A DNA stretch of 64,000 nt. Source: an uncultured Alphaproteobacteria bacterium (lineage in GTDB: Bacteria > Pseudomonadota > Alphaproteobacteria > Rhodobacterales > Rhodobacteraceae). This document shows positions 35,012-45,273 of this stretch, piece after piece. The stretch lies in assembly GCA_902584635.1 (NCBI GenBank), contig CACIAQ010000002.1, positions 27,147 through 91,146 on the forward strand, written 5' to 3'. The notes beneath the pieces were generated by a model. It ran no database searches and had not been told where the DNA came from. It saw only the letters and a list, made by a program, of their open reading frames with translations. The first letter of the stretch is position 1, and each line of letters opens with the position of its first letter. The translations under genes were made by a program, and so were the position numbers.

Positions 35012-35635
35012 TCAACTTTGCTCAGTTGATTTAATATCAGGTTCGTTCTCTATTTCGATATCGTCGGAGATAGCCTCTTCTGTTTTTAGTGACACTCCGT
35101 CTTCAAGTAAAGCTTCATTAAGTTCAGCATCCATTTTTCCTGAAGTGCTGTCCGTGCTATCGGCATCTTCAGCCCCTGGTTCTGCATCTCCCAAACTTCT
35201 AACAACTTTTAGTTTTATTTTGCTCTCAACTTCTGGATGCAGAATTACGCTCACATCAAAGATCCCTAGCTCTTTTATAGGTTTATCCAATGCTATTTGT
35301 TTTCTGCTAAGCTTTATTGCGTTTTCAGCTATAAGGTTCGATATATCTCTAGTAGTTACAGATCCATAGAGTATTCCAGTGTCAGAAGCTGATCTTACTA
35401 TCACTAGTTTCAAGTTTTCGACCTCAGCTCGTATTTTTTCTGCTTTTTGAATTTCTTCCTTATTTTCTTTAAGCAATTTTGCTTTTGTTTTTTCAAAAAG
35501 TTCTTTGTTTTCTTTAGTCGCTCTCAGAGCCTTGCCGGTGGGTATCAAAAAGTTTCTACCAAAACCTGGCCTTACCTCAACGGCGTCGCCTATATTACCT
35601 AACTTGTTAATTTTTTGAAGTAATATTATTTCCAT
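35012..35635 (-). CDS. rplI: 50S ribosomal protein L9 with an acidic C-terminal extension
   Basis: MEIILLQKINKLGNIGDAVEVRPGFGRNFLIP. 207 aa. Confidence 0.9.
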   Translation of the reverse strand: MEIILLQKINKLGNIGDAVEVRPGFGRNFLIPTGKALRATKENKELFEKTKAKLLKENKEEIQKAEKIRAEVENLKLVIVRSASDTGILYGSVTTRDISNLIAENAIKLSRKQIALDKPIKELGIFDVSVILHPEVESKIKLKVVRSLGDAEPGAEDADSTDSTSGKMDAELNEALLEDGVSLKTEEAISDDIEIENEPDIKSTEQS

Positions 35636-35643
35636 TTCTAAGC

Positions 35644-35904
35644 CTATTTAACAGCGTAGGGTAACAAACCTAAAAATCTGGCTCGTTTTATTGCTATCGC
35701 TAATTCTCTTTGTTTTTTAGTTGAAACCGCTGTTATTCTGGAGGGGATAATTTTCCCTCTCTCAGAAATAAATTTTTGAAGTGTCCTTACATCTTTGTAG
35801 TCGATTGGCATAGCTCCTTTTTCAGAAAAAGGACAAGTTTTTTGTCGTCTAAAGTAGTGCTTATTATTATTTGGGCTTCTGCGATCGTTAAATCTTTTTT
35901 CCAT
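35644..35904 (-). CDS. rpsR: 30S ribosomal protein S18
   Basis: [25 protein letters not shown]....[19 protein letters not shown]. Confidence 0.95.
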   Translation of the reverse strand: MEKRFNDRRSPNNNKHYFRRQKTCPFSEKGAMPIDYKDVRTLQKFISERGKIIPSRITAVSTKKQRELAIAIKRARFLGLLPYAVK

Positions 35905-35910
35905 ACTAAA

Positions 35911-36258
35911 TCATATCCTCTCTTCTTCCTCTTTAGCTTTATGACTCATCATTGTAGAGTGATTGTCGCTATGCTCTTTGACCCTAATTGTTAAAAACCT
36001 CATTATGTCCTCATTGATATTCATCAAACGTTCCATTTCTGCAACAGCTTTTGCATTACTATCTAATTTAAACAAAAAGTAATGGCCTTTCCTATTTTTA
36101 TTCATTCTGTAAGCAATGGATCTTAACCCCCAATATTCACTATCAACTACCTCCCCACCGTTCTCAGTAAGTGTACCTTTAAATTCTTCTGCTAAAGTCT
36201 CTGCTTGTACAGACGTTAAGTCTTGTCTGCAAATAAAAACGTGCTCATATTTGGGCAT
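35911..36258 (-). CDS. rpsF: 30S ribosomal protein S6
   Basis: YEHVFI.RQD......E..........G.V...EYWG.R..AY pattern, in the rpsF-rpsR-rplI order. Confidence 0.9.
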   Translation of the reverse strand: MPKYEHVFICRQDLTSVQAETLAEEFKGTLTENGGEVVDSEYWGLRSIAYRMNKNRKGHYFLFKLDSNAKAVAEMERLMNINEDIMRFLTIRVKEHSDNHSTMMSHKAKEEEERI

Positions 36259-36403
36259 TCAAAATCCTAAAAAATTGTTGGTAAACTCGTTATATACAGC
36301 AAAAATAAAAATGCAAGCGTACAGTTGCATTGTTTTAATGTATTTTTTGGTGTAAATCTTTGCTTTGTGTACTTCTTCTAATCAAGAATGTGGGAAAAAT
36401 AAT

Positions 36404-37351
36404 ATGAAAAAAGCCTTTTTGTTTCCTGGTCAGGGGTCCCAATTTGTTGGTATGGGTAAAGAATTAGCGAGTCAGTTTGAAGAAGCTAAGCATGTATTTT
36501 CAGAAGTTGACGACGCCTTAGGAGAAAAGCTATCAGCACTGATGTTCGAAGGTGACATTGAAGAATTGACTTTGACAAAAAATGCTCAACCCGCCATTAT
36601 GTCAGTTTCTATTGCGATTTTGAGGGTAATGATATCAAATGGGCTTGATCTTAAAGCCATTGAACTTTTTGCAGGGCATTCACTGGGCGAATATAGTGCT
36701 CTTTGTGCTTCTGGAGTTATTTCTCTCAGGGACACTGCTATCATTTTAAGAAAAAGGGGTAATGCCATGCAGAAAGCTGTCCCAGAGGGTCAGGGATCAA
36801 TGGTAGCTATTTTAGGGCTGAATAGTGAGAATGTTAGCGAATTATTGATCGCAAGCAAATGCGATAGAAACCTAGTCCAAGTAGCAAACGATAATGATCC
36901 TTCACAAGTAGTTATCTCTGGCGAAAAAAAAGAGGTAGAAAAGTTATCTGACTTTTTAAAACAAAAAAATGCCAAGAGAATTATTAATCTCCCAGTTTCT
37001 GCTCCTTTTCACTCTCCACTGATGGAACCCGCTGCTTTGAAAATGGAGGAAGAAATAAAGAGGTTGAATTTTTCATACCCAATCGTTCCTATTATGCATA
37101 ATGTGGATTTAAGTGTTCTTGAGGAAACGGAAGGATTTGTAGATAAGTTGGTTAAACAGATCTGTGGAACGGTTAGGTGGAGAGAGAGTTTGATTAAGAT
37201 GGTAACTGAATTTGATGTGAAAAGCTTTTTTGAAATTGGCCCAGGTAAAGTATTGGCGGGTACGGTGAAAAGAACGATCCCTGAATCAAATGTTCTCTCT
37301 GTCAGTCTAGGCCCACAGATAGACAAAGCATTGGAGATTTTAAATGAATAA
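36404..37351 (+). CDS. fabD: Malonyl-CoA:ACP transacylase
   Basis: ATG 36404 (MKKAFLFPGQGSQ) is preferred to the listed 36365. GHSLGEYSAL active-site motif. Confidence 0.9.
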   Translation: MKKAFLFPGQGSQFVGMGKELASQFEEAKHVFSEVDDALGEKLSALMFEGDIEELTLTKNAQPAIMSVSIAILRVMISNGLDLKAIELFAGHSLGEYSALCASGVISLRDTAIILRKRGNAMQKAVPEGQGSMVAILGLNSENVSELLIASKCDRNLVQVANDNDPSQVVISGEKKEVEKLSDFLKQKNAKRIINLPVSAPFHSPLMEPAALKMEEEIKRLNFSYPIVPIMHNVDLSVLEETEGFVDKLVKQICGTVRWRESLIKMVTEFDVKSFFEIGPGKVLAGTVKRTIPESNVLSVSLGPQIDKALEILNE

Positions 37352-38087
37352 TTTGGAAAACTTAAATATTCTAATCACTGGTGCATCTGGTGGAATAGGG
37401 ACTAGTCTCTCTAAGGCGTTTACATCAACAAAAGCAAATCTTTTTCTTCTTGGGTCCTCCGAAGATAAATTAGCAAAACTACGAGATGAGTTGCCTTCAA
37501 GAGACAATATAAATTATTTTACCGTTGATTTAGGTAAAAGAGAAAATGTAACTAATTTTTGCGATTCGATAATAGAGAAATTTGGAGGAATCAGTGTTGT
37601 TATTAATAACGCGGGTGTAACTGAAGACAATTTATTTATAAGAATGTCTGACAGTTCTTGGGACAAAGTCTTTGCAATTAATCTTGATGCTTCGATGATT
37701 ATTTGCAGAAAATTTATTCGAGGGATGATGAAAAATAAATGGGGAAGAATAGTCAATATTTCTTCTGTAGTTGCATCAATGGGCAACCCTGGACAAAGTA
37801 ATTATGTCGCTGCTAAGGGTGCATTGAATGGACTTACAAAATCAATTGCGTTAGAAGTTGCAACAAGAGGAATTACGGTCAACTGCATATCTCCAGGATT
37901 TATAGATACTGCGATGACAGCTAAGTTGACGGATGACCAAAAGTCAAAAATAACCGAACGAATACCAATGGGCAAATTGGGAAGTGGCAACGACATATCA
38001 TCTCTAGTGTTATTTCTCTTGAGTAACGAAGCGAGCTATATAACCGGGCAAAACATACATGTTAATGGAGGCCTTTTTTTAGCTTAG
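37344..38087 (+). CDS. fabG: 3-oxoacyl-ACP reductase
   Basis: TGASGGIG, NNAG and YVAAK motifs, in fab cluster context. Confidence 0.9.
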   Translation: MNNLENLNILITGASGGIGTSLSKAFTSTKANLFLLGSSEDKLAKLRDELPSRDNINYFTVDLGKRENVTNFCDSIIEKFGGISVVINNAGVTEDNLFIRMSDSSWDKVFAINLDASMIICRKFIRGMMKNKWGRIVNISSVVASMGNPGQSNYVAAKGALNGLTKSIALEVATRGITVNCISPGFIDTAMTAKLTDDQKSKITERIPMGKLGSGNDISSLVLFLLSNEASYITGQNIHVNGGLFLA

Positions 38088-38233
38088 TAATTTTTTCTTC
38101 GGCTTACCCTAAAATTTTCCAGATAAGTATTGCTTGTTTTAATAATTATGTATAAAAGAAAAAATTGTGAGAGCTTGACATTTCACGTCACACGCAAAAG
38201 GCCAAAAACGACTAAAATGATGAGGAGGTTAAT

Positions 38234-38467
38234 ATGAGTGATGTTATGGATAGAGTTAAAAAAATAGTTGTAGAACATCTGAGTGTCGAACAAAGTTCGA
38301 TTTCAGAAGGATCATCATTTATCGATGATCTCGGCGCAGATAGCCTTGACACCGTAGAGTTGGTGATGGCTTTTGAAGAAGAGTTTGGAATAGAAATTCC
38401 AGATGATGCAGCGGAAACAATTCAGACTGTCGGTGATGCTGTTAAATTCATCGAAGAAAACTCATAA
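38234..38467 (+). CDS. acpP: Acyl carrier protein
   Basis: 77 aa. [26 protein letters not shown] with the phosphopantetheine Ser. Confidence 0.95.
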   Translation: MSDVMDRVKKIVVEHLSVEQSSISEGSSFIDDLGADSLDTVELVMAFEEEFGIEIPDDAAETIQTVGDAVKFIEENS

Positions 38468-38506
38468 AATATTTTAAATGAAGGGTATTTAAATCACAGA
38501 AAAAAG

Positions 38507-39766
38507 ATGAGACGCGTTGTAGTAACTGGGATGGGATTGCTGACCCCGCTAGGATGTGGCGTAGATTATGTATGGGATCGATTATTAAATGGGGTCTCCG
38601 CTGCAACAAAGATTACAAAATTCGATGCTTCTGACTATGTAACAAGTTATGCATGTGAAATTCCTTTTGGTGTTGAAGAAAAAGGAAAATTTAATCCCGA
38701 TGAATGGATGAGTTTAAAGGAAAGACGTAAAGTTGATGATTTTATACTCTATGGCGTTTGTGCTGCGGAACAAGCTGTTAAAGATGCAGGTTGGACCCCG
38801 GAGAAAGAAGAGGATTTGCTTAGAACAGGAGTTATGATAGGCTCCGGTATAGGGGGTCTACAATCTATTGGAGATACCGCTAATTTGATTAAAGAAAAGG
38901 GTCCGAAGAGAGTATCTCCGTTCTTTATACCTGGAGCTTTGATAAATTTGATTTCTGGTCAAGTTTCAATAAGATATGGATTTAAAGGGCCAAATCATTC
39001 TGTAGTAACCGCCTGTTCCACTGGAGCTCATGCTATAGGAGACGCCGGGAGGTTTATTAAGTCTGGTGAAGCTGATGTAATGATAGCGGGTGGAGCTGAA
39101 AGTCCTATAACTGAATTAGGGATAGCAGGTTTTAATGCGTGTAAGGCTTTGTCAACAAAATTCTCTGATGACCCTAGTATTGCAAGTAGACCCTATGATA
39201 CTGATAGAGACGGATTTGTGATGGGAGAAGGGGCAGGAATTTTGGTGCTTGAAGAGCTTGAACATGCCAAAAAACGGGGAGCTAAAATATACTGTGAAGT
39301 TTTAGGTTATGGTCTAACGGGAGATGCCCATCATATTACTGCACCTCCACCAGATGGAGATGGCGGCAAAAGATCTATGGTTGCAGCGCTCGAGAGCAGT
39401 GGATCAAGTATTTCTGACATAGATTATATCAATGCTCATGGCACTTCTACAATGGCAGATACTATTGAGCTTGGAGCCGTTGAATCTTTAGCTATGAATT
39501 ATTCCAGTAACATTTCAATGTCTTCCACAAAATCATCAATTGGTCACTTGTTGGGGGCTGCTGGGTCTGTTGAAGCTATTTTTTCGATTTTGTCAATCCG
39601 AGACCAAATAGTCCCACCTACCATTAATCTTGAAAACCCAGAAATTGATACAAAAATCGACTTAGTCCCAAAGCAAGCACGAGAAAGAAAGGTTGTTAGA
39701 GCTCTATCCAACTCTTTTGGCTTCGGCGGAACCAACGCATCTCTAGTTGTAGGAAAAATATATTAG
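38507..39766 (+). CDS. fabF: 3-oxoacyl-ACP synthase II
   Basis: 419 aa. RRVVVTG, ACSTGAHAIG (active Cys), NAHGTST and GHLLGAAG. Confidence 0.95.
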   Translation: MRRVVVTGMGLLTPLGCGVDYVWDRLLNGVSAATKITKFDASDYVTSYACEIPFGVEEKGKFNPDEWMSLKERRKVDDFILYGVCAAEQAVKDAGWTPEKEEDLLRTGVMIGSGIGGLQSIGDTANLIKEKGPKRVSPFFIPGALINLISGQVSIRYGFKGPNHSVVTACSTGAHAIGDAGRFIKSGEADVMIAGGAESPITELGIAGFNACKALSTKFSDDPSIASRPYDTDRDGFVMGEGAGILVLEELEHAKKRGAKIYCEVLGYGLTGDAHHITAPPPDGDGGKRSMVAALESSGSSISDIDYINAHGTSTMADTIELGAVESLAMNYSSNISMSSTKSSIGHLLGAAGSVEAIFSILSIRDQIVPPTINLENPEIDTKIDLVPKQARERKVVRALSNSFGFGGTNASLVVGKIY

Positions 39767-39787
39767 GATTTCTTATAAAATAAAGTA

Positions 39788-40765
39788 ATGGCTACTTTTA
39801 TTTCTAATGTTTTTTACTTTTTTTTAGCTTTTTTGATGCTTACATTCATTTCTATAGTTAGCCTTCAGCAGTATAACGATAAAACAGGCCCAAGTGATCA
39901 CGATCAGTTGTTGATAGTAAGTAAAGGACAAAGCTTGGCTAGTATTGCGAGCCACTTAAGAGATCTAAATTTGATCGAGAATCGTGTTGTGTTCATGATT
40001 GCTGTAAGACTTAGTGGTCTTCATAACGAAATTAAATTTGGAGAATACATAATTCCAAGAGCCGCTTCAATTAGAGAGATAATAGACAAGCTGGTTTCAG
40101 GTATATCCGCTCAGTATACAATTACAATACCAGAAGGTCTAACCACTAATTCAGTTATAGATTTAATTAATAAAGATATGAGAATTAAGGGAGATTTGAT
40201 ATATATCGCTGATGAAGGTGAGCTAGCCCCAAATACATACAGCTTCGATATAACCACAAATAAAGAAGATCTTTTTCTGAAAATGAAAAGCGAGCAAAAT
40301 AAAATATTAGATTTTGCATGGAACAAAAGAGCTACTGATTTGCCGCTAAAAAGCGCCTATGAACTCTTAATTTTAGCATCCATAGTGGAAAAAGAGGCTG
40401 GTAATGAAGAAGATAAAAGAAAAGTAGCCTCCGTATTTTTAAATCGTTTGAAAAAAAAAATGAGATTACAATCTGATCCCACCGTTGTATTTAGTTTAAC
40501 AAAAGGAAAAGATACACTTAATAGAGATCTTACTAAAGTTGATTTGAAAATAAGGTCTCCCTTCAATACCTATAAAATTGATGGTCTTCCACCAAGCCCA
40601 ATTTGTAATCCAAGTAAATCTTCAATTTATGCAGTTGCAAATCCGATTGAAACTGATTTCTTATACTTTGTCGCGAATGGCAAAGGAGGACATAATTTCT
40701 CAAAAAATCTTAAACAACATAACAGTTTCGTGAACGAGTATAGAAGATTGAAGAAAAAAAGGTGA
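39788..40765 (+). CDS. mltG: Endolytic murein transglycosylase MltG (YceG family)
   Basis: 325 aa. N-terminal TM helix, ILASIVEKEA, LQSDPTV and YNTY...GLPP.PI.NP motifs. Confidence 0.85.
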   Translation: MATFISNVFYFFLAFLMLTFISIVSLQQYNDKTGPSDHDQLLIVSKGQSLASIASHLRDLNLIENRVVFMIAVRLSGLHNEIKFGEYIIPRAASIREIIDKLVSGISAQYTITIPEGLTTNSVIDLINKDMRIKGDLIYIADEGELAPNTYSFDITTNKEDLFLKMKSEQNKILDFAWNKRATDLPLKSAYELLILASIVEKEAGNEEDKRKVASVFLNRLKKKMRLQSDPTVVFSLTKGKDTLNRDLTKVDLKIRSPFNTYKIDGLPPSPICNPSKSSIYAVANPIETDFLYFVANGKGGHNFSKNLKQHNSFVNEYRRLKKKR

Positions 40766-40810
40766 TTTTTAAATATAATATTTTTATTATGAGGTTCATG
40801 TAAGGAGTGA

Positions 40811-41614
40811 TTGCTTTTGAAACAGTATGAAAAAAAAATAGAAAAGATTTGGGAAACAATTTGCAAGGAAGCACAAGTGTCTCTTAAAAAATCTAATTAT
40901 ATGAAAAAATATTTCGAAAAAAATATTTTGAATCATGGTGGGCTTGCAGATGCATTGTCATATAATATTGGAGTAAAAATTTGCAGTTCAGATTTTGAAC
41001 GAGCAGAGTTAATTTCTTTACTTCGAAAGCAAATGGATAAATTCTCTTATATATGTGAAAATGCGGTGGATGACTTAATTGCATTTTATGAAAGAGATCC
41101 TGCTTGTCACTGGTTTTATCAACCTTTTTTATTTTATAAAGGTTTCATCGCTTTGCAAATTCATAGAATTGGAAATGCATTTTATACGAATGGAGATACT
41201 GACCTTTCTCTTTTTTTGCAAATGAGGGTATCTGAGGTTTTCAATATAGATATTCACCCTGGCGCCAAAATAGGTAAGGGAATTATGTTAGATCATGCAC
41301 ATAGCCTTGTTGTTGGGGAAACTGCTAAAGTTGGTGATAATGTGTCTATCCTACATGGTGTTACTCTAGGTGGCACTGGTAAAGTTCGGGGCGATAGACA
41401 CCCAAAGATAGGAAATAATGTATTAATAGGAGCCGGCGCAAAAATATTGGGTAATATATCCATAGGTGATTGTTCTAGGGTTGCTGCTGGTTCACTAGTC
41501 TTGAAATCAGTGCCTTCATTCAAGACAGTGGCAGGAGTACCTGCTAAAGAAGTGGGGAGCTCAGGTTGCCCAGAACCCTCTAAAACGATGGATCAACTGT
41601 TAAACAAAAATTAG
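40811..41614 (+). CDS. cysE: Serine O-acetyltransferase
   Basis: 267 aa. DIHPGAKIGKGIMLDHA..VVGETA.VG.NVSILHGVTLGGTG hexapeptide region and an N-terminal SATase helical domain. TTG start. Confidence 0.85.
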   Translation: MLLKQYEKKIEKIWETICKEAQVSLKKSNYMKKYFEKNILNHGGLADALSYNIGVKICSSDFERAELISLLRKQMDKFSYICENAVDDLIAFYERDPACHWFYQPFLFYKGFIALQIHRIGNAFYTNGDTDLSLFLQMRVSEVFNIDIHPGAKIGKGIMLDHAHSLVVGETAKVGDNVSILHGVTLGGTGKVRGDRHPKIGNNVLIGAGAKILGNISIGDCSRVAAGSLVLKSVPSFKTVAGVPAKEVGSSGCPEPSKTMDQLLNKN

Positions 41615-41615
41615 T

Positions 41616-42491
41616 CTATCTAACCATCAGAACAGCTGGATTTTGTAAATAGAATACTATCCTATCAAGAAACTTTGCTCCAAGCGCTCCATCAATTGTT
41701 CTGTGATCTACTGATAATGTCAAGGATATTTGCTTTCGCGATAAAAAACCCTCATTCTCACTAACTACTTCGTCTCTTACCGCGCCAACAGCCAATATAG
41801 ATGAGTTTGGAGGGTTTATAATTGCATCAAAATTTTCAATAGAAAACATACCAAGGTTTGATATAGCGTGCGCACATTCTAAAAAATCACTATTTCGCAA
41901 TTGCTTACTTTTTGCTTTTTCGATAAGTGCCTTCATTTCTAAGGAAATTTGACTTACAGACTTCTTGTCGACGCTTCTAAGTGTTGGTGTGTAAAGCCCA
42001 GCCTCAGTTGATATTGCTACTCCAATCGCTACTTCTTTAAATTTCAGCATATGTTGCTCCTGCCAAATCATGTTGCAATCTGGAAAATCTACTAAGGCAC
42101 AGCCACACGCTTTAATAAAAAAATCATTTAACGAGAGTTTATTGTTTTCTCCAATTGCATTATTAGCCTTAGCCCTAAAATCAATTAGATCATCCACTTT
42201 AGCATTTCGACGCAAATAGAAGTGAGGTATTGATGACTTTGAAAGTATAAGTTTTTGAGCAATTATCTTTCGTATTTTGGGTATATCAATTTTTTCATTA
42301 TCTATATCAATTTCTTGGTCTGACTTTTCTTGATCCTCAGTTTTAGGCGAGTAGGAGGGTCCATTTAAATGTTTTTCGATATCAACTTTTGTTATCCTTC
42401 CCCGTGGCCCAGAGCCTCTAACGTCTTCTAAATTTACAGAATTTAAAGACGCTAACTTATTAGCTAAAGGTGTTATGAATATCCTATCCAT
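41616..42491 (-). CDS. pdhC: Dihydrolipoamide acetyltransferase (PDH E2) comprising only the E3/E1-binding and catalytic domains; no lipoyl domain
   Basis: 291 aa. Starts directly with the PSBD (ITPLANKLA....NLEDV.GSGPRGRITK.DIE). Catalytic LSVDHRTIDGA motif. An in-frame stop lies 2 codons upstream of the ATG, and the pdhB stop is 9 nt away, so no N-terminal extension is possible. Confidence 0.85.
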   Translation of the reverse strand: MDRIFITPLANKLASLNSVNLEDVRGSGPRGRITKVDIEKHLNGPSYSPKTEDQEKSDQEIDIDNEKIDIPKIRKIIAQKLILSKSSIPHFYLRRNAKVDDLIDFRAKANNAIGENNKLSLNDFFIKACGCALVDFPDCNMIWQEQHMLKFKEVAIGVAISTEAGLYTPTLRSVDKKSVSQISLEMKALIEKAKSKQLRNSDFLECAHAISNLGMFSIENFDAIINPPNSSILAVGAVRDEVVSENEGFLSRKQISLTLSVDHRTIDGALGAKFLDRIVFYLQNPAVLMVR

Positions 42492-42500
42492 TAGTTAATT

Positions 42501-43892
42501 TCAATCTTTATAAAGAACTTGTTTAACGGAAAATACAATTTCGTCTGAAGTTATTAAAGCTGCCTTTTCCAAATTTTCAGCATAAGGCATTGGAACGTCT
42601 TTACCTGTACAATTTAATACCGGGGCATCTAAGTAGTCAAAAGCCCTTATCATAATCTGTGATCCAACATAACTGCCGATTGAACAAACAGGAAAAGACT
42701 CCTCTACTGTTATGCATCTATTTGTCTTTTTTACTGAGTCAATTATAGTATCGAAGTCAATTGGCCGTATTGTTCTTAAATCGATTATTTCCGCATTTAT
42801 ACCTAGTTCCTTCAGTTTCTTATCAGCTTCTAGTGTGTGCATCATGCCAATCCCGTAACTTATAATTGTTACATCATCCCCAGTTGAAACAGTTTTTGCT
42901 TTCCCTATAGGTATAACTAGGTTGGAGCTGATATTTGCTTGAAAAGATTTCCCATACAAAATTTCATTTTCAAGAAAAATAACAGGGTTATTTTCTCTTA
43001 TCGCTGCCTTAAGTAAGCCCTTTGCGTCTTCTGCTGAAAATGGTTGAATTACTTTTAAGCCTGGTATGGATGCATATAGTGACGCGAAGTCTTGGCTATG
43101 TTGAGCAGCTACTCTAGCTGCCGCTCCATTTGGTCCTCTAAATACAATTGGGCAATTAATTTGTCCTCCTGACATATAATTAGTCTTAGCAGCAGAGTTA
43201 ATTATTTGATCTAAAGCCTGCATCGCAAAATTAAATGTCATGAACTCGACAATTGGCCTTATTCCAGCGAAGGCAGCACCAATGGCCAGCCCCGTGAATC
43301 CGTGCTCTGTAATAGGAGTATCGATTACTCTGTCCGATCCAAACTCCTCAAGTAGCCCTTGGCTAACTTTGTAAGCTCCCTGATACTCTCCTACCTCTTC
43401 ACCCATCAGGAATACATCTTCATTATGTCTCATCTCTTCTGCAATTGCACTATTAATTGCCTCTCTAACCGTTAATTCACTTATTGATTCATTTTGGTTT
43501 ACTTCTTGCTTAATAGTTTTTTCATCTTTTAAATTTGCAGTTACACTTCTAACTTCTTCTTCTGCGCTCAAAACTTCTTCGCTTTTGTTAATATCTAAAA
43601 CCTCATCTTTTTTGGTGACAACATTATTTTCATCTTTAACTCCTTCACCCCCTTCGGTTTCAATTATTGCAATCAAGGAGTTAACCTTAATATTCTCTGT
43701 TCCTTCTTTCACAACTAGCTCAACAATGGTACCTTCCTCAATGCTTTCATACTCCATAAGAGCCTTGTCTGTCTCAATATCAGCTATGATATCACCTGGT
43801 TTAACATTGTCCCCAGGGCTAACGTACCATTTGGCTAGACTACCTTCTTCCATAGTAGGTGAAAGAGAGGGCATTAAAATTTCGGTCTTCAT
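42501..43892 (-). CDS. pdhB: Pyruvate dehydrogenase E1 beta subunit with an N-terminal lipoyl domain
   Basis: 463 aa. Lipoyl domain [16 protein letters not shown].....[12 protein letters not shown], a charged linker, then the E1-beta transketolase-like body. Confidence 0.9.
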   Translation of the reverse strand: MKTEILMPSLSPTMEEGSLAKWYVSPGDNVKPGDIIADIETDKALMEYESIEEGTIVELVVKEGTENIKVNSLIAIIETEGGEGVKDENNVVTKKDEVLDINKSEEVLSAEEEVRSVTANLKDEKTIKQEVNQNESISELTVREAINSAIAEEMRHNEDVFLMGEEVGEYQGAYKVSQGLLEEFGSDRVIDTPITEHGFTGLAIGAAFAGIRPIVEFMTFNFAMQALDQIINSAAKTNYMSGGQINCPIVFRGPNGAAARVAAQHSQDFASLYASIPGLKVIQPFSAEDAKGLLKAAIRENNPVIFLENEILYGKSFQANISSNLVIPIGKAKTVSTGDDVTIISYGIGMMHTLEADKKLKELGINAEIIDLRTIRPIDFDTIIDSVKKTNRCITVEESFPVCSIGSYVGSQIMIRAFDYLDAPVLNCTGKDVPMPYAENLEKAALITSDEIVFSVKQVLYKD

Positions 43893-43907
43893 TTTTTTTC
43901 CTAATTT

Positions 43908-44882
43908 TTAATCAGCATAAACATCAGTCCAAAGCTCTTGAATATCAGGTTCTGGGCTATTCAAAGCAAAATCAGAAGCCTCAGTAACTATCGCTTTTAT
44001 CTCAGCATCCTTCGCTTTAAACTCTTTTTCTGATATTTTATGTTTCTTAATCAAAAGGGATCTCAAAGTATCTATGGGATCTTTTTCTTCTCTGATCTTT
44101 TGAACTTCCTCTCTAGTTCTATATTTTGCTGGGTCAGACATAGAGTGCCCCCTGTATCTGTATGTTTTCATTTCAAGAATAAAAGGACCTTTACCAGATC
44201 GGCAATGATCGGCAGCAGCAGAAGCGTCCTTTGCAACGTCAAGTACATTCATTCCATTAACGGCTTTACCTGGAATATTGAAAGCCAGTCCTCTCGCAAA
44301 CATTTCCTCAGTTGAGGATGCTCGAACCATCGAGGTCCCCATAGCATATTGATTATTTTCAATAACAAATACTACAGGCAGTTTCCAAAGCGAAGCCATG
44401 TTGAAGGCTTCATAAACTTGTCCTTGGTTTGCAGCTCCCTCCCCAAAGTAGGTAAAACACACCCGCTTATTTTTTTTATATTTATTCGCGAATGCAATGC
44501 CGGCTCCTAAAGGAACTTGCGCACCTACTATTCCGTGTCCTCCATAAAAGCCTTCGCTTTTTGAGAACATGTGCATAGATCCTCCTTTTCCTTTTGAGTA
44601 ACCAGTAGAACGACCTGTAAGTTCTGCCATAACCATTTTCGGATCCATTCCACAAGCAAGCATATGACCATGGTCTCTGTAAGATGTGATATTTTGATCA
44701 CCGTATTTTTTAATAGAATCTATTCCTACAACAATTGCTTCTTGGCCTATATACAAATGACAGAAGCCTCCTATATGCCCCATGCCATACAGCTGCCCCG
44801 CCTTTTCTTCAAATCTTCTTATGAGAAGCATTTTATGGTATAGCTCGAGAAGTTGTTTTTTTGATGTTACTCCCATGTTCAT
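43908..44882 (-). CDS. pdhA: Pyruvate dehydrogenase E1 alpha subunit
   Basis: 324 aa. GFCHLYIGQEA, YRDHGH, the GEGAANQG ThDP motif and YRYRGHSMSDP. Confidence 0.95.
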   Translation of the reverse strand: MNMGVTSKKQLLELYHKMLLIRRFEEKAGQLYGMGHIGGFCHLYIGQEAIVVGIDSIKKYGDQNITSYRDHGHMLACGMDPKMVMAELTGRSTGYSKGKGGSMHMFSKSEGFYGGHGIVGAQVPLGAGIAFANKYKKNKRVCFTYFGEGAANQGQVYEAFNMASLWKLPVVFVIENNQYAMGTSMVRASSTEEMFARGLAFNIPGKAVNGMNVLDVAKDASAAADHCRSGKGPFILEMKTYRYRGHSMSDPAKYRTREEVQKIREEKDPIDTLRSLLIKKHKISEKEFKAKDAEIKAIVTEASDFALNSPEPDIQELWTDVYAD

Positions 44883-44923
44883 AAATATAGTTTAGCGTTA
44901 AACTAATTGTTTTCAAGGTTTTT

Positions 44924-45268
44924 TTAAAATATAATAAACTCATTCTCACCAATCATTCCCAGAATTTTTCTTGCTTGTTGATCAAGAAGCTCAAGGTCTA
45001 GTGATGTGTCAGAAAGACGTTCAATTTTGTTTTTAATTGCCTTACTATCTTCTATAAGTAAATCTAGCTCTTTAGTTAAAACTTTTTCCTTTGCTAAAAG
45101 CTCATACTTCGCAGCAACACCGAACTCTCCGTTGAAAGACGCAATAATAAAATAAAAACAAAGTATAATACATGTAGCGGACAATGTGATTTCTAAAATT
45201 TTGAAATTTTTAAACAATTTATATTCCTCAACCGAATCATTACATAATTGATTCGGAAAAGGAATCAT
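44924..45268 (-). CDS. ftsB: Septum-formation initiator family protein (FtsB/DivIC-like)
   Basis: 114 aa. One TM helix plus a coiled coil and LDLELLDQQARKILGM. Conserved position upstream of pdhA in alphaproteobacteria. Confidence 0.6.
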   Translation of the reverse strand: MIPFPNQLCNDSVEEYKLFKNFKILEITLSATCIILCFYFIIASFNGEFGVAAKYELLAKEKVLTKELDLLIEDSKAIKNKIERLSDTSLDLELLDQQARKILGMIGENEFIIF

Positions 45269-45273
45269 TTTTA

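Noticed and set aside
35012-35200. Long acidic C-terminal extension of ribosomal protein L9 as a possible fusion
   Set aside because: The reading frame is continuous and the tail is low-complexity and acidic. I recall C-terminal extensions of L9 being common in alphaproteobacteria. Not distinctive enough to flag.
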